A stretch of 64,000 bases of DNA. Source: Marsupella aquatica. Lineage: Eukaryota; Plantae; Marchantiophyta. Under the pieces are notes generated by a model, which was not told where the DNA came from, did not search any database, and saw only the letters and a list, made by a program, of their open reading frames with translations. Positions within the stretch are counted from its first letter, which is position 1. Every line of letters begins with the position of its first letter. Made by a program: the position numbers and the translations under genes. Shown here piece after piece: positions 25,432 to 39,489 of this stretch. Location: positions 31,317,112 to 31,381,111 of the forward strand of contig OZ316891.1 of assembly GCA_973895155.1 (NCBI GenBank), in the 5' to 3' direction.

Positions 25432-26257
25432 GACTCTCTTCGCTCAAGTCATGCGCTAAACACGCCGCAATTGACGGGAAAATCACTATTCACTATTTGT
25501 CGTTTCCTTTGTGCCCTAAGTCACAGCCGCCTTGCTACTCCGCGGTGCCTTATCTCGTCGCACGCCGACAACATAATTCACCAACATTCAACGTGTTTCT
25601 AATGCCATCGCCGCTTTATACCATGAAATGACTAGTTTCCGATGGGAAATGTTGTTGAATTGCACCGACACAGTCTGCAATCCCAACAAAGAAAAAAAAC
25701 TTCCGTCACATCGCCTTCACTCCGCGTCAAGTGCCAATCCCGGACTCAAAATGACCGCCTTGCCACGATCTCACCGTTGAGCCCTAGCACTTTGTGTTTT
25801 CTTCTTCGAGTCGAATGTCACGATGAGTAACCCGGTTCAGGGAAAAACAAGCACCATAGCTTGTCAAAAAACCAGAACTCAACTTTCACTCGTCACGACA
25901 CACTCGCTTAACAAACGTCAGCATACCAGGTGCCAAAACAACCAGCTCGCTTCAATCTACAACTTGAGCTATAACATGTGATGCCTCCTGCACCACACAA
26001 CTCACACCGTTGCAAAAACGCAAACTCTGGTCTCTCCACAAAAAGCCGTCGAACATGAATAAACCCTTAATAACGAAAACTTTGATTCCTCCGCACCACG
26101 GAAACCGATCAGCGAGTTCTAACCACCGTTAGAAAGCCCTTTCACTAACCTATCCACTTAGCCACACACATTCGAGTTTCATGCGATGAAACTCCGAATG
26201 TACCATCGACAATGAACGCTGGAAAACCTGTCACGAAAAAACCTCGTCACCTCCCAG

Positions 26258-26273
26258 GCATGCTTTGATACCA
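26258..26273 (-). promoter_or_regulatory. Primer-binding site (initiator tRNA-Met type)
   Basis: Minus strand TGGTATCAAAGC 2 nt after the 5' LTR; one mismatch to canonical TGGTATCAGAGC. Confidence 0.9.
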
Positions 26274-26275
26274 CT

Positions 26276-26619
26276 TGTTGAGCATAGACGACATTTGCAA
26301 TGGCAAGCCCATGAACCATCCAACGCACAATAGTCGACACAGAGAGATACGTGGTTCACCTCCACATGAGGCTACGTCCACGGGAACACACAAGAGCTTT
26401 ACTGCACTCTAGGCCGACCGGCCATACCAAGCATCCACAGCACAAGCTCTCCCTATCTCTCAACTAGCTCCGTAACAATGAGCCTAAGTTCCACCAGGGT
26501 CTGGCATCAGCCTTGGCTATATACACAATAGCACTACCGCTAACTTTAGCTAAGTCCTAACCCGAGTTAGCCTAACAGTAGTTAGCTCATGAATCACAAG
26601 ACTAGAGCAATATCTAACA
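26276..26619 (-). repeat. 5' LTR of the copia element
   Basis: TG...CA; 7 substitutions versus the 3' LTR by manual comparison. Confidence 0.97.
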
Positions 26620-29449
26620 AATATTGGTTTTACAGTAAGGCTACAAGCTATAGAATATGTGATAGGGTACATATTATAGCCAAAGCACAAAGAGCTTTTT
26701 GGCATGGAGCATTAAGGAGAAACAGATTGACTTGAGATTGAGGTTTCTGGCATGGGGGGAGTAAAGGAGAAGTGGTGGACATGAGAAAGGTTTTGGCCCT
26801 TTGCTCCTGAGACTGGAGTTTTCAGTTTTTGGAGGTTAATGTTATATTTTCTTCTCAATTTTTTGCCTATTTTAATGATGTTGGAGGGAAGAAAAAGGGA
26901 GAGTGGGAGGGATGGATGGCAGGGGGCAGGGGGAATAGGGGGCCAAAAAGGTAAATATATATGTTCTCCCTCCATATAGCATGGAGCAACCCCCCATGGA
27001 CCCCACAATGCCCCGATGTTCTTACTTGTCTTGCCCCCCCCCCCCACCCTGTTCGGCCTCACCATGCCAAAGGACATCACTTTCACAACAACAACATCGA
27101 CTAAAATGAGAACATTGCCACACCAACAACCATGCACACAACACTTTTGCAACCATAACATGATTACACGGATGACACAATTGGAACAACAACACTTCTG
27201 CAACAATCACACGGACATAATGACAATCCAGCTGAAATGACAAGTAACCTGACAACCACAACATAATTGCAAAGATAATCCAATGACAAGCACAACATAG
27301 TGACAATTATAATTGTGCAATGCATGGACATAGGGCTCAAAAGTTAACATTGTCTCCACAACATGTCTTTTCCTTAGTGACTTCCTCCACAATGAACATC
27401 TTAATTTGCACAATAATTTGTTTCACTTAACCACATCTTTTCCACATTGACATTTTTTGCACAATTGTATCTTTTACACAACTACATCGTTTATGAAATG
27501 ACATCTTTTTCACATCAACTTCTTTTTGCATTGACTCTTTTTTGCATTGAGATCTTTAGACAACGACATCTTTTGTGCAATACACAGGTATTGAGCTAGT
27601 CTTTTATAACATAGCAAGGCCATGTATAAAGCAACTTTGGGGTATGTTATATAGGCCCAAAGGGCTTTGCATATAGGCTGAAACAACGTGTTAGACTTAA
27701 CAAAGAGTTTTCAAAAGTCCCCCCGCCAAGTATTTGAGGATACTGGAGGGGGCCATTCATACTTAGGTGGGTTTTTTATTTTACACTAAGTAGGGCTAGC
27801 GACACTGGCTTGGCTGAATTATTACAGGCCAATATTTGGGTGCACCAATGTCTTATATGTTGAGCGAGATGAGGCTACTATGAGTTCATTTCTCTGCCCA
27901 TGTTGCCCAACTCACGCAGAATTATCTTGTTTGTTGCTCATATCTGCCGTGCGAGCATATCAGCATCAATTGGTAGAGGTATAAATTTTATTGTTGGAGG
28001 TATGGAATTTGGATCGAGTTGGAGAGATCCGTCTGGTTATTGCTAATTGACACTATCAAGGGCATTCCACTATCGGTAGAGGAGAAGTTCAACAAGATCA
28101 TGGGTCTGGAATGTTTTAGCTTCTACTGAAGATACTAATTAGCAATCATAAGTATTGTCGTCGGCTCCAGTCAGAACCAGTGATGAGGATAATTGGGAGC
28201 CAAAAGTTTCTCCCAAGTGTACAGAAGCTGATAGAAGAACCTGTGATCTAGAATACTTGGGAACCAGACATGGGTCCCAAATGTACAGAAGCTGAGAGGA
28301 GGCTCCTTCTGACACTGTAGTGCCAGCAAAGATTCATCCCTGGCATTTGCATGTATAGTCGGATTGTGGAGACTACCTACCTATTAACCAGCAAACTAAA
28401 CTGGTATGCCGTGCCTACTCCTGAATAGATTTTTGATGCAATTCGGTAGTAAGATAGGTAGAACACTCCATTCTAAGCGATCGTTGCTCTTGGCCTTTGG
28501 TTCAAAGAATGCCTTTGTTGAGTAGTGGACAGGATTTTGGCTGGTTGGACTTGTACAACTCAGATTGATGACGTTATTGTGTTTAGTGACTCTCTGGTCA
28601 TCTAATTCGAAACCCTTTCACCCTCATCCAGTATCATCAATTATTAAAGTGGTTCATGGAGTTTGACAAGCTTAGAGGGAAGAGGGTGAACGGAAATCAT
28701 CGCTAAGTCCTGAAAAAGGGTTGGTGGTTTTTGGTCTCATGCTCTCCACTACTACAAGAATACTTACCTTCTTGCCATAGACAGAAAGAAGTCGCACATA
28801 CATCTAATACCTGGATACTGCCAACGAAGATGACGAGTATGAAGACACGATGCTGAGTATGCAGGTTTGCTAAATTTACAAACCTGACCAAATCTTCGTT
28901 CATTTTCTTTCTCTCAGCCATACAAGCACTGCAATGAATTCATCTAACATGTCCCTGATTCATTGTCATAATATTCCCCTCTTTTTGTGACATTTGTCTG
29001 TCACAAAGAGCGCACCAAAGTGCAAAACTTAAACGCTTGAAACAATGAGTATCACGATTCAGCACCTGCATCACTCCTACTGTTGTTGCCGAAGATGTAC
29101 AATAATGTGATAAGTTGGTTATATAAATTGGAGCTCTGTCGATTGCACTGACAAAGGTGCACAGAAACAAAATCCTGTTGCAGACAGTCAAACAGTTACC
29201 CTATCAATATAAGAACGTGAAACAAATGGGCCAAGCTGAGCCAATCTAAAGAAGATCTAAAGAAGAGATATGCCCTCAAGTAACAGTCTGTGCGATAAAT
29301 AGAAACCCCTGCAATTATTATTCGCGGATCATCCAAACAGATCCTCGATTACAAACCAGAATATAGCCAAGCCGATGCACAGTTGCTTTTGTGAGGAAAC
29401 TTGTCAGACGTATAGAGGAATGAGTCCAAAACCTTTCACAGCCATTTCA

Positions 29450-32400
29450 TTAGTAAGGCAACAAGATAGAATCGATGAGTTCCTGCAATGGTGCAAGCTC
29501 CTTCTTGTCAACTAGCGCAAACTCCTGCAACCAGGTAAAAGAGTGCACAACAGACAAACAGATACTTCAGCCCCACAAGCAGACTTCCACGCTAGAACGA
29601 ATAGGATGCAGAGTTGCACAAACAGAGAACGAGTTCCTGCAAATCATTGACAGCCTGAAAGAGACAGCCCTCACAGATAGGTGACAATTTTGTGCCCAAG
29701 AAATGATCCTAATCACATTCACTTCCTTCTGACTAGTATGACGATACAGATGCACTTTCCTATGCTACCTCCCATACCTTAGTATACTTTGATATATGTT
29801 ATACAAAGGTCAATCAAACGATTGAACTTACATAGGTGAAGAGAATGAAGTGCTTGAAGCAGGTGTTCAAATGAGCCTCCTCATTCAAACTGACAATCTT
29901 TTGGAAATGCGAGTGATATATGTGTGCATAAACACGGAACAAACGTTTGAAAATGGTTCTCACAACATCCTTGAAGTTAACTGGAAAAGGCGCCCCTGAA
30001 ATATCCACAAAAACTAGATTAACAAGCTTGAAATCATGATGGTGCAATCAATGACAACTCTTGCACTTCAAATTAGAAAGGTTCAAACCATAATCCATTC
30101 ACGATGCCCAATCCACAAGCAGTTGACATTTCCTTCCACGCTCGTTATAGTTTTATGAGTAAGAATGTGATAAGCTGGTTATGGTGGGATAAGCATGGCG
30201 GGTCAGGTCGCTACTGCTATGAATTTGGCCCGGGTCCAAATCCTCTATATGCACCTCTCAAGTATTTCATTGTGGTGTGCATGAGTGCACGTAAAACTGA
30301 TACTTTCTCTGACGGATAAGAAGGTTGCAAACAACGTTCTCGCTGCTCCATTTCTATTTTCATCTTTTGAAACTATTTTTCCTGCCTGCCCTATATTCAG
30401 ACATATATATCCGTGCGGAGTGCCTGCCCTGGCAACCAAACAAATTCCATTTCCACGATTTTTGGGACTTTCCTTAACATCTCCCAAAAACGAAATTTAG
30501 AATCATGTGAGAAACTAATAGATCAAAGTCGACAACAGCAACAAGCTTGTTAAAGTGGATACCAAGTTTCTGAGGGAAAATGGACTCGTCGTCAAGTTGG
30601 CCCTCTATCCAATCCATCAAGTACTCCACATATTTTGGAGCTGAGACTTCCAAAGGCTTTTTAATTTGGACTCCGTCTGCCCACCTGTACTCGTACCTGC
30701 CATTTGCAAGCACTCCTTTCGTCAAAGAATTGTCCGGAAATTTTAAAAACAAAAGCACTGACATCTATTACCATTTGAGCAAATAGGAGAGACTCAGAAA
30801 CGCCAGCGACACGACTAAAACCTTTCGCATTACAATTTAAACAAGTTGCTAACAGCCTTGGACTGGACACACAGTGCATAACATGGCAAACACAAGAGTA
30901 GCTTCACATTTTCTAGAGGGTAACGATCATATAAAGGCGATTCCAATACAGACATATGTTCCAACAGAACGAATAACAAAGATACCAAACATCAAGCTCA
31001 GAAAATTATGCTCAGAAAATCATGGATACAGGATCATACTTTGGTCCAGCTGACATGGTGGGACAGTTTTCGGAGGTGCAAAACTCTGTCAAAGTCCCAA
31101 ACAATAAATTGACCTGGTTGAAGAAATCCACAGCTGCAGTACACCCGACACGGTCAATACTGCTTTCATATCTTGCCTTCAGGGTTGAAAACCACTCATT
31201 ATACCCAAATCTATGGAATCCCAATTACTTTAAATTGTTCTCTCGCATGTCATGGTTAGGGACTCTAAAGAGTATACAATCATTCGACCGATCATTACCT
31301 TCGACCTAGGTGGACCAGCTAGATACAGACACAGCACCCATTGTTGAGCATTCAGTTCATTCCTCTGCCAAATGCCAACTTTTGGCCCGGATTATTCATT
31401 CCAAATAGTTAGGATTCTTCCCACCCTAGAGCCGTGCTGCAAGCCGAAGTCTTGTTGATGCCATCAGTCTCTAATGGCATTTGGGTTCATTTGGTCCTAA
31501 TTATTCTCCACGAGCTGGGACTCTTCCCACCCTAGGGCCGGGCTTGCCAGGTCCTGCCTATCTGCTGGCCTGTCTTCTCAAGTGAATGGAGTGGTCTAAT
31601 TGCCTTCATGGACAGTTTCTGCACAATTTTCCCCTCTTCCTGCAGTTTCTGCTCAGACTTTTAACTTTCATTGCTGCAGCCCAAGAGCTCCTATTGCTGT
31701 TGTAGCGTCTGCCACCTGAACGACTGGCAGCGATATTTCAACTTTAAAGGGCCACCTATCTGTCCCACCCTCCCAAGGCATAGCTGAAGACAAGGCCTTG
31801 ATACTGTTGCATTCTAGCCACAACATAAACAATTGATCAACAGAAGACAATTGTAATTTTGGATCAGAGGTCTCTACTACACATGCACTCCTGGACATGT
31901 GTTAAAACTCTAGGTCTGGTGGAGCTCTCTAGTCTTTACCCTGTACCCTAACCTTTTCCTTATCAGAAGAATTGAAAGCCGCCAGCATTGCGAATGACCA
32001 GCATCTACGGAGGAGTGTTGCAAAAACAATACACGCAATCCCATGCTGGAAATTGAATATCGTCTTCTCCGTCCGAACATCTCGGCTACGGCCATCCCGT
32101 TGTCACCTTGAGCCGAATTGCCATTACTGAATGCTTGTTTCATATATTGATCTTCTGCGGTGAGCCCTTCTAAAGTGAGATACCAAGGCCAATTCAGTGG
32201 AGGAGAGAGGGTCTGTCGTAACAGTACCTAAACTTCGACAACAGACGATAGGAACGATGTACAATCGTAGACAAAGTGATAAAGAACTACCATAAATATG
32301 GTCATTTGGTATCATACGTCTTCGCAGGGACGGAGAGAGATGTAGGTGATATTATACAGTCAGCAATCCAACTCTATCTCCGGACGTAACTCCCAGAGCT

Positions 32401-33683
32401 TTATCCAAAGTCATGAATTCTAGTGCCGGGCAGACATTGGCCCGATTAAGTTATTGAGCAGCTTAGCTGAAGCAAGTGATAAGCGGCTTAAGCAAGTGAT
32501 AAGCGGCAAGTTTTGCAGACATTTAGGTAGTTACAGTTTCACGGTGATCTGTCTATCTCTCTAACTCAACTGGTCAGATCATCAGACACATAGCTGTAAT
32601 CAACGAGAATCTGATCGCAATTTTTCTGGTTACAACTACGTGTCTATTGACTCAACGAATACGACCATGTTGCACTTACTTAAACGGACACTGAGAAAAT
32701 TTACTCATAGTTTTCCCATACGAGATATCCTAGCCGTATAAAAATTAATAGAACGATTGGCGACATAGAATCTGCCTGTGCCAAATTGCGAGTGAGAATT
32801 CGAGAAGGTACGGAGACATACTGTTGACAGCCAGCCATTCGTAGAGATCCTCTCCAGCTGGGAGGCGGACAGCCTCCCTCAAGTTACCACTTCCGAGAGT
32901 GGCATCGATGTGTTTCCGTAGCTGTGCTCCCTACATCAGCCACAAAGCTCCAGAATCACGAGGATATCCAAATAGCAAGCAAACTGATCCGTGATGATGA
33001 GGGGCGGTTGGCAGCCATCGACACCTGAACAAGTTCTAAAAGCATGATGGCATTCGATGACAAATAGCATAGCAGCAAAAAGGATGGAATCAAATATACA
33101 CGAGATTTAGTCCGATAACGATCGCAACGGATCGAAAATTAGAGATGCCATTCTTGCAAACGAAGAGCACGCAGATTTTGGCATTAGATGTATTTTTCTT
33201 ACTACTACACTAGAAATAGCACAGAATCCAGGAAACTCCTCCCTTGCAGCATGAAGTTGTGCTCTCGCACAATGTGCTTGACGGGATATGAAGAATCATC
33301 CTGCCCTTCCCACCCTTTGCAGCCCACATGACCCAATAAAATCCACACGCAGAGAAGACGCCTGATTCGTAAGAACACAACGACTAACAGTAACCTCACC
33401 TTACTCCCAGAAGGGCCACTCTTTTTCGGGCGAAATGTCCGTTGATTCCTGCAACCGCAAAATAGACCGATTTTGCTTCAGATTAAGATTAGCAGAGTGC
33501 AGTCTTCCAAAGGACCGGAAAAAAAGAAAATCCCGATGTTCATGTAAGCATAGCCAACGTTCAGCACAAACGACTTGGGAGAGCAGATCATCCAAAGCAG
33601 GAATTACGTGCAAAGAAAACACGCGACAACGCGGCACACAGCGGTGGAGACGCAGAAGACCTGCCCAGCCCAAAGAGGCTCAT
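29450..33683 (-). CDS. MOB1: MOB kinase activator 1 (7 exons: 33683-33661, 33448-33400, 32930-32822, 31133-31040, 30696-30563, 29995-29832, 29524-29450)
   Basis: Spliced peptide [48 protein letters not shown]...EWLAVNTVDFFNQ...YEYRWADG...[11 protein letters not shown]...ELAPLQELI; all GT-AG with consistent phases. Confidence 0.96.
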
Positions 33684-34216
33684 AGCGCGAAAGGCGGCCG
33701 TTTCTATAAACTTTCGAGAGCGAGCTCCGCACTGGAGAATTCTAGCACCCCCCGCCGCCCAAATCTTTCAATTTCCGCTCTCTTCCAAGCGATCCACAGC
33801 TTCCTCTCACTCGCGCTGCTCGAGAGTCCCCGAACTTCGAATCCTCGATCCCCCTCCTCTCCTCCCTCCCTTCTCTTCTTCCCTAATAAACTCCCATCCG
33901 GCCCCGAAGGACCACCCGCACTAATGAACTTGCCTCCTCAGCTACTTCAATGGCTGCACACGCCCAGTGCTCCGACACAGCCTTCGCCCTCACCCGTGCT
34001 ATTGATCTCCGCTCTCTGTCCCACGACACTGCTTCGCCATCATCACGCGCATCGCTCCGACGGCAACTTCCATTCCGCTGCAGCTCTCGCCACTTTGTCA
34101 ATGACTCAATGCTCTATTGCTCTCGCTCTTCCTTTCCTTCCATATTGCAATCACAACATTTCGGTACATGTCGAGTGCAATAAATTGTGTGTCAATGCAG
34201 CGCTGAGCGTGAGATG

Positions 34217-34256
34217 CTGCCCGCTGCCCGCTTCCCGCTGCCCGCTGCCCGCTGCC
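34217..34256. repeat. 7-bp microsatellite (GCTGCCC)n upstream of MOB1
   Basis: About 6 copies. Confidence 0.8.
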
Positions 34257-36230
34257 GGCACAAAACTCCACTACACTACACTGCTCTACTGTATTAATGA
34301 ATTAATTGTATTGTATGTATTATATTATCGTGTACTGTACTGTATTTGAGTAGCGACCAACTTTGGGTACTCAAGTGTTTGATTTAAAAAAAAAAACCAT
34401 TGAAAAGGAGCATTTTGCTTGAGTTTGGTCTCTGGGTGATTTTACTTTCGGTCCTTGATCAGTTTCTATTTGGCCAGTTTTACTCCCATTTTTTACTGGG
34501 TTTTACTATTCTCATAAGTAAAGTGCTCCTTTCAAGAGAAATGGGTAGACAGAAAGCAGAAGGGCGGGGCTCAAATGTGCATGGGTTCAAGGCTCAAAAC
34601 TTCAAACCTCTCCTAGCTCACTCAGAGAAACTTTTATACATTAACGTCTGGTAACATGAGATTGTGGGTCATAGTGCCCCACAAAATGAGTGCTTAGCTA
34701 GTTTGAGGGGGCCATTATTGCTCATAATGCCCTTGTAACATGGCTCTAATACACTTGAAAGGTCTAAGGTGATTTTTGTTTTCACTGTTTTGAGTAAAAA
34801 GTAGAGGAGAATTTTGATAATACCCAAATCTGGACTCTCCATTCTTCTCCTTAAAGCACCAAGAATTACAAAGAAAATACTCACAAAGTGCATTAACTTT
34901 GTTGTAGAGTCCATACCCCATTCTTGCCAAGGGGTGTGGCACAAAGGAAGTGTACTGTTCTTGGGAGTGTACAGTTTGACGCTTATCTTTGTCAACCACA
35001 ACAAGGGTAGAGGGCAAACAAGGGCGAATGGAAATCAACGCCAAAACGTTGGTGTATAGGAAAGCCTTCTTATGAGGCATTGTCCTGCATCAAGCCCAAA
35101 GTGCGTTCTGGGGGCATTGCTTTGGTGAAAGGGCTTTAGGGTGCTTGGAGTCTGACTTAGTCATTTTGGAATATTAGATAGCTAAAAGCCTGGATGTTCA
35201 CACACTTGCCTATAGCCATACACCATACAACTGCATTGCAAAGTACAAACAAAAAATCCCTGGAGGGCATTAAGTGGTTTCAGCCAGTTGGCCACTGGAT
35301 GAGCCTGGGACCTCTCAGTTGCAGGTTCAATCCCCCCCTCAACTCTACACATGGAGTCAATTATGGGGGGAGGGTCTCTGTGTGCCGGATGGGTTGTTAA
35401 AGTATCTTGCCAGTCGCGATAGAAACCTACTCTTCAGGGCCTCATTCAGGGCTACTGTCTAGAGTGAATTTGTAGACCCTGACTCTAAGGGAATAACTAA
35501 ATGTGCATACAGAAAATAGACATGCGACCAAAGGTGAACATGAAATAATAAGGAACGTTTTTTTACAATGTTGTTTTTTTGTCTCATCTCTATTTACTTT
35601 CAAGTGAGGGGTAATCAGGCTAGTAGACAGTAGTAGACTGTATCTGCATCCTCCCAGTAAGAAGGCCGCAACATGCACTTATACTTGGTATGCAATACGA
35701 TATAAGTTTTATCTTGGATTATTGAAAGTTGCACTTGACCAGTAAATGCTATAATGTGCTTACACATAAAGGCATGGTGCACTTCAAAGTAAAATAATGT
35801 GTAATGAGCTTAGGCCCTGTCGGCCTGTTGGGTTGTATTTGGTCTCCCTTGCACAGACTGTAATAGCACCTTATAACAGCCCAAGGCTCAAGTACATCCC
35901 TTACACAGGGGGAACGACTTAGTGAAGTAATGTACTAGTGCAATATTACTTCTATCAAGTATTGCAGCTTTTACTCTAAACAACATGCACATGTTGGTAT
36001 CAATAGATGAAAGGTTTCTATTGGATAAGATTTTCGTATATAGTTACACATTACATGTTTAGCACATACATATTTGTAGTCCACTGAGTCTGACATGCAC
36101 TTATAAAATATGCACTTTCCATGGGAAATTTTTTGGATGAAGCCAACTGCATGTGCTAATCCATGTTTAGCACTTATGCACATTGCACTTAAAAAAAGCT
36201 TGACTGCACTGGTTATTACCTTGAACACTG

Positions 36231-36585
36231 GGTTGGCAACTTTGAGACCCTAGTTGTGAGGGTTAACTCTTAAGTCTTGGTTAACCTCTCTTAGGCTAAT
36301 AGACACGAGGATGTCAATGGTGACTAGCCACGACTCTACTTCCTAGCATATAGGGGAGCAAGGAAGTGCTCCAAGACCTGAGCCTCATGTTCATTGTTGA
36401 AGGAGCAAGGTAGGTGTTAGGTGGAGCATTCTTGGAGAGCTTTACTTGGAGGCTTAATGTGACTATTGTTTGAAAAGCTTAGGAAAGCTCTAGCATTCCG
36501 TGGACGTAGCCTTGACAAAGGTGAACCACATATCTCGTGCTTGTTGCTTGTCCCATGTGTGTATCATGTCGCTGGTTCTCCAACA
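36231..36585 (+). mobile_element. Old solo LTR of a related copia family, opposite orientation
   Basis: Contains CCGTGGACGTAGCC...AGGTGAACCACATATC, reverse complement of the conserved motif in the other LTRs; ends CCAACA; left end and TSD eroded. Confidence 0.55.
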
Positions 36586-37539
36586 CTGGTACAGGGTCCC
36601 CCTGCTGGATCCTTGAGTGGTATCATCCCCCCTCATGGGTTACAATAACTGTCTAGTGATGGGTGGATGGGTGGGTCTTCTTTCGATTTCAAGGCAAAAC
36701 AAACACACAACCTTTACCCAAAGAGGAGTACACCAGAATCCTCTAGACACTTTGAAAAATTGAGGGGGTGGATTGCCCAGTAGATTGCAATCTAGGGGGG
36801 TTGACTACAAAATGTATGAACCATGTGCTAGTAAAAATAGGTATGACTGTTTGAGAGACATTCACAAAAGCTTTTTAAAAGCATAGGAGATCAAAGATGT
36901 AATACACAATCATAAATTAAGAATAATTCTCAAATATATACCCTTTATAAACCAAATTAGATCATTAAAAAACAAAGAAAACCTTGTTATAGAATATTTT
37001 CAAAGTAAATCTTGAGTATTTAAATTAGACGTGACAGCTCATGATATACACTTAGTTAACCCCTTGAGATTTGCAATGAAGCACACAACAAGGATTTGAA
37101 GGTGCATGAAAGCTCAAGGCTCATTGATGAGTCTCAATATTGTCTGTTACTGCCATTTTGCAGTAGCAAATATATTATATAGGATTCAGGTTCCCCAAAC
37201 TACTTGAAAAAGTTATTTTATTTCATTTAATGAAAAACATTTATAGGCGTAATTTGGAGAGTTAGAGTTAAACTGTACGATGGCCTAGTTTGGTTTGGAG
37301 ATACCGAATAAGTTAACAAAGGACACCAATGACAGATTCACATATTTGAAGACCTCATGAGTGGAAAAGAAAGAAGAACTCAAAGACTTCCTTGAAAGAT
37401 GTTGTGCTCGCCTTCAACTACCTTGTTCTTGACTTTGGGGTTACTTGGGTTTCCGCCCTCTTAACTTGCCTCTTAATTGTACTTGTCATGTCAAAAGAGC
37501 AATTATCTTCCTTTATAATAGGTCTTGCCATTGCTTAAC

Positions 37540-37870
37540 TGTTGAGTATAGACGACAATCACAACGGTGAGCACATGACACATCGATCCAATGCGCAAGT
37601 AGTCAACACAAGAGATACGTGGTTCACCTCCTCGAGGCTACTTCCATGGGAACACACAAGAGAGTTTTACTGAACAAACCAAGTATCCATAATGTAAGCT
37701 CTCCTCATCTCTCAAGTGGCTTCGTAACAATGAGCCTTAGTTCCACTTATCCTAACAAGCACTACTTAGGATATAGTGTGTAACTTAGTTCACCTAACCA
37801 TGTTTTGACTATGGTTAGCCTAACAATGGTTACTTGTTGGAACCCTAGACGTAGGAGTAAATATCTAACA
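37540..37870 (-). mobile_element. Solo LTR (331 bp) of a related copia subfamily
   Basis: TGTTGAGTATAGACGAC...ATATCTAACA; GATACGTGGTTCACCTC motif; TSD TTAAC/TTTAC (1 mismatch). Confidence 0.9.
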
Positions 37871-39489
37871 TTTACCTCAGATATGCACTCCTACACATAT
37901 AGTAAACCAGCAGCCGTTTAGTTATCCTTTTGCACACATGTCTATCACCTCATGAAGGTCTTACTCCAACAAGTGGAACCTCAAGCAAATGTTCTTCTTG
38001 ATCTTAGCCTGTAGGTGGTATTTCCAAAACTCTTATGCCAGTCCTATGGTTTGCACTTGTTCTACTGTCTATCAAATGGCTCTAGGGTCCTATTCCCAGT
38101 CCTACTCCAAACTCCCCTCTCCTCCTTCCTTCTTCTTCAATTCAATCTCTCAGCTTTCTTGAGTAATGATGTACAACTGAGAAAATATGTGGTACTGATC
38201 TTGCCCTCTTGTTGACTTTCACTTTTTCTATCTCACACTTTGTTGCAGACATCTCTATCACTCCACTAGATCCAAGACCTTGCACACTAGTCCATGGCCT
38301 TTGCGACAACTTCTGATCAAAACACTACTTTGATTTATCTCAATGTTGTGTCAATCAAAAGACCCTCACTCCGTTCTAGGTACCTCCTAGTGCTGCCAAT
38401 TTGAAGAAATTCTAAATTCTATCAATATTCTATCTAGAACGGAGCGCATGTCAGCTCCACTTTGCACCCCAGCTACATTAATAGTCTTGTCCCATTCCCT
38501 GTCCCACTCACTACTCCTCATTCCTGTCCTGTGGTGAAGAGTGTACTCACCACCCTTAGTGGAGCTCAAGCCCATTCCTTGGTGAAAATGAAGTTGTGCA
38601 CTTTGTAATGACTCTTTAGGTGCACTTGTGATTTAATGTGCATGGAGAAACAAAGAGTTGGCATGGGAGATTTGTGGGTGATAGGGAAACAGCTGGGTGA
38701 AGTGGAATGCCCCCTACAAGAACCTAGGGTGACACAGAAAATGGGTCATACGGTAAATGGGAATCTATCTGTCCATGTGCAGGGAGAAATACACAGCAAT
38801 GGGGGAAATTGCCAGGTTAAGTGAAATGCCCCCCTCAAGAACCTAGGGTGGCAATGGCCAGGTGATAGGAGAGATGATCAGGTGACAGGGAAAACAGTGG
38901 GGCAAAGCAAAATGGACAGTTAATTATACATTTGTATCAGAAATAACAAAAGAGTATACACTTCTGGGTGGGACTAACATTTTTATTGAAGAATAATAAA
39001 TAAGAAAGCTCAAAACTCCTGGAAGGGCAAGTGAGTCGCTAAACTTGCAAGTGAGCCAGTAACCTTAAAAAATTCAGAACTCTCTCAATTCTTGATGAAA
39101 AAGCAGAGATATGCTAGGAATATTCCTGTCTAATTTTACTAGATTAATTCTTACCGTTAGATCTCCCCAGATTTTAAGGGTGACTATCAGATTCTGGCTA
39201 AGGGGTTTGTGCCTATGTGGGAAACTGGCTACTGGACCATGGAAAATCTACCAAATTTTAGTCAAACCTAGGGAATGCTTCTTAACGAGGTGGAATCTAG
39301 CAAGTTTTTGCCACTAAAAAAAGCTGGTGGGAAGGTCCATGGGGTTACATGGTTCACGAGCTGGGTCCACGGCAGCGCCATTTTTGCTTTGCTGGGACTA
39401 ACATCTGTATTGAAACAAAAAAAGAACCTGTACTAACATTTTCATTGAATAAAAAAGGAAAACGAATTCCAAATGCAGCATCATTTTCA

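Larger units (their letters stand above)
15327..26619 (-). mobile_element. Full-length, inactivated Ty1/copia LTR retrotransposon (Tnt1/Tork-like) with two nested insertions
   Basis: Paired 344-bp LTRs; TSD AATAT (15322-15326 / 26620-26624); PBS TGGTATCAAAGC; PPT AGGGGGAGTT; domain order gag, CCHC, protease, integrase, RT, RNase H. Confidence 0.97.

Noticed and set aside
33435-34349. 304-aa plus-strand ORF
   Set aside because: Antisense to MOB1 exons 1-2 and its GC-rich 5' region; low complexity, runs through microsatellites, no domain
37250-38580. Degraded gypsy gag-like sequence around the solo LTR
   Set aside because: Purine-biased minus strand is suggestive, but no motif could be read with confidence
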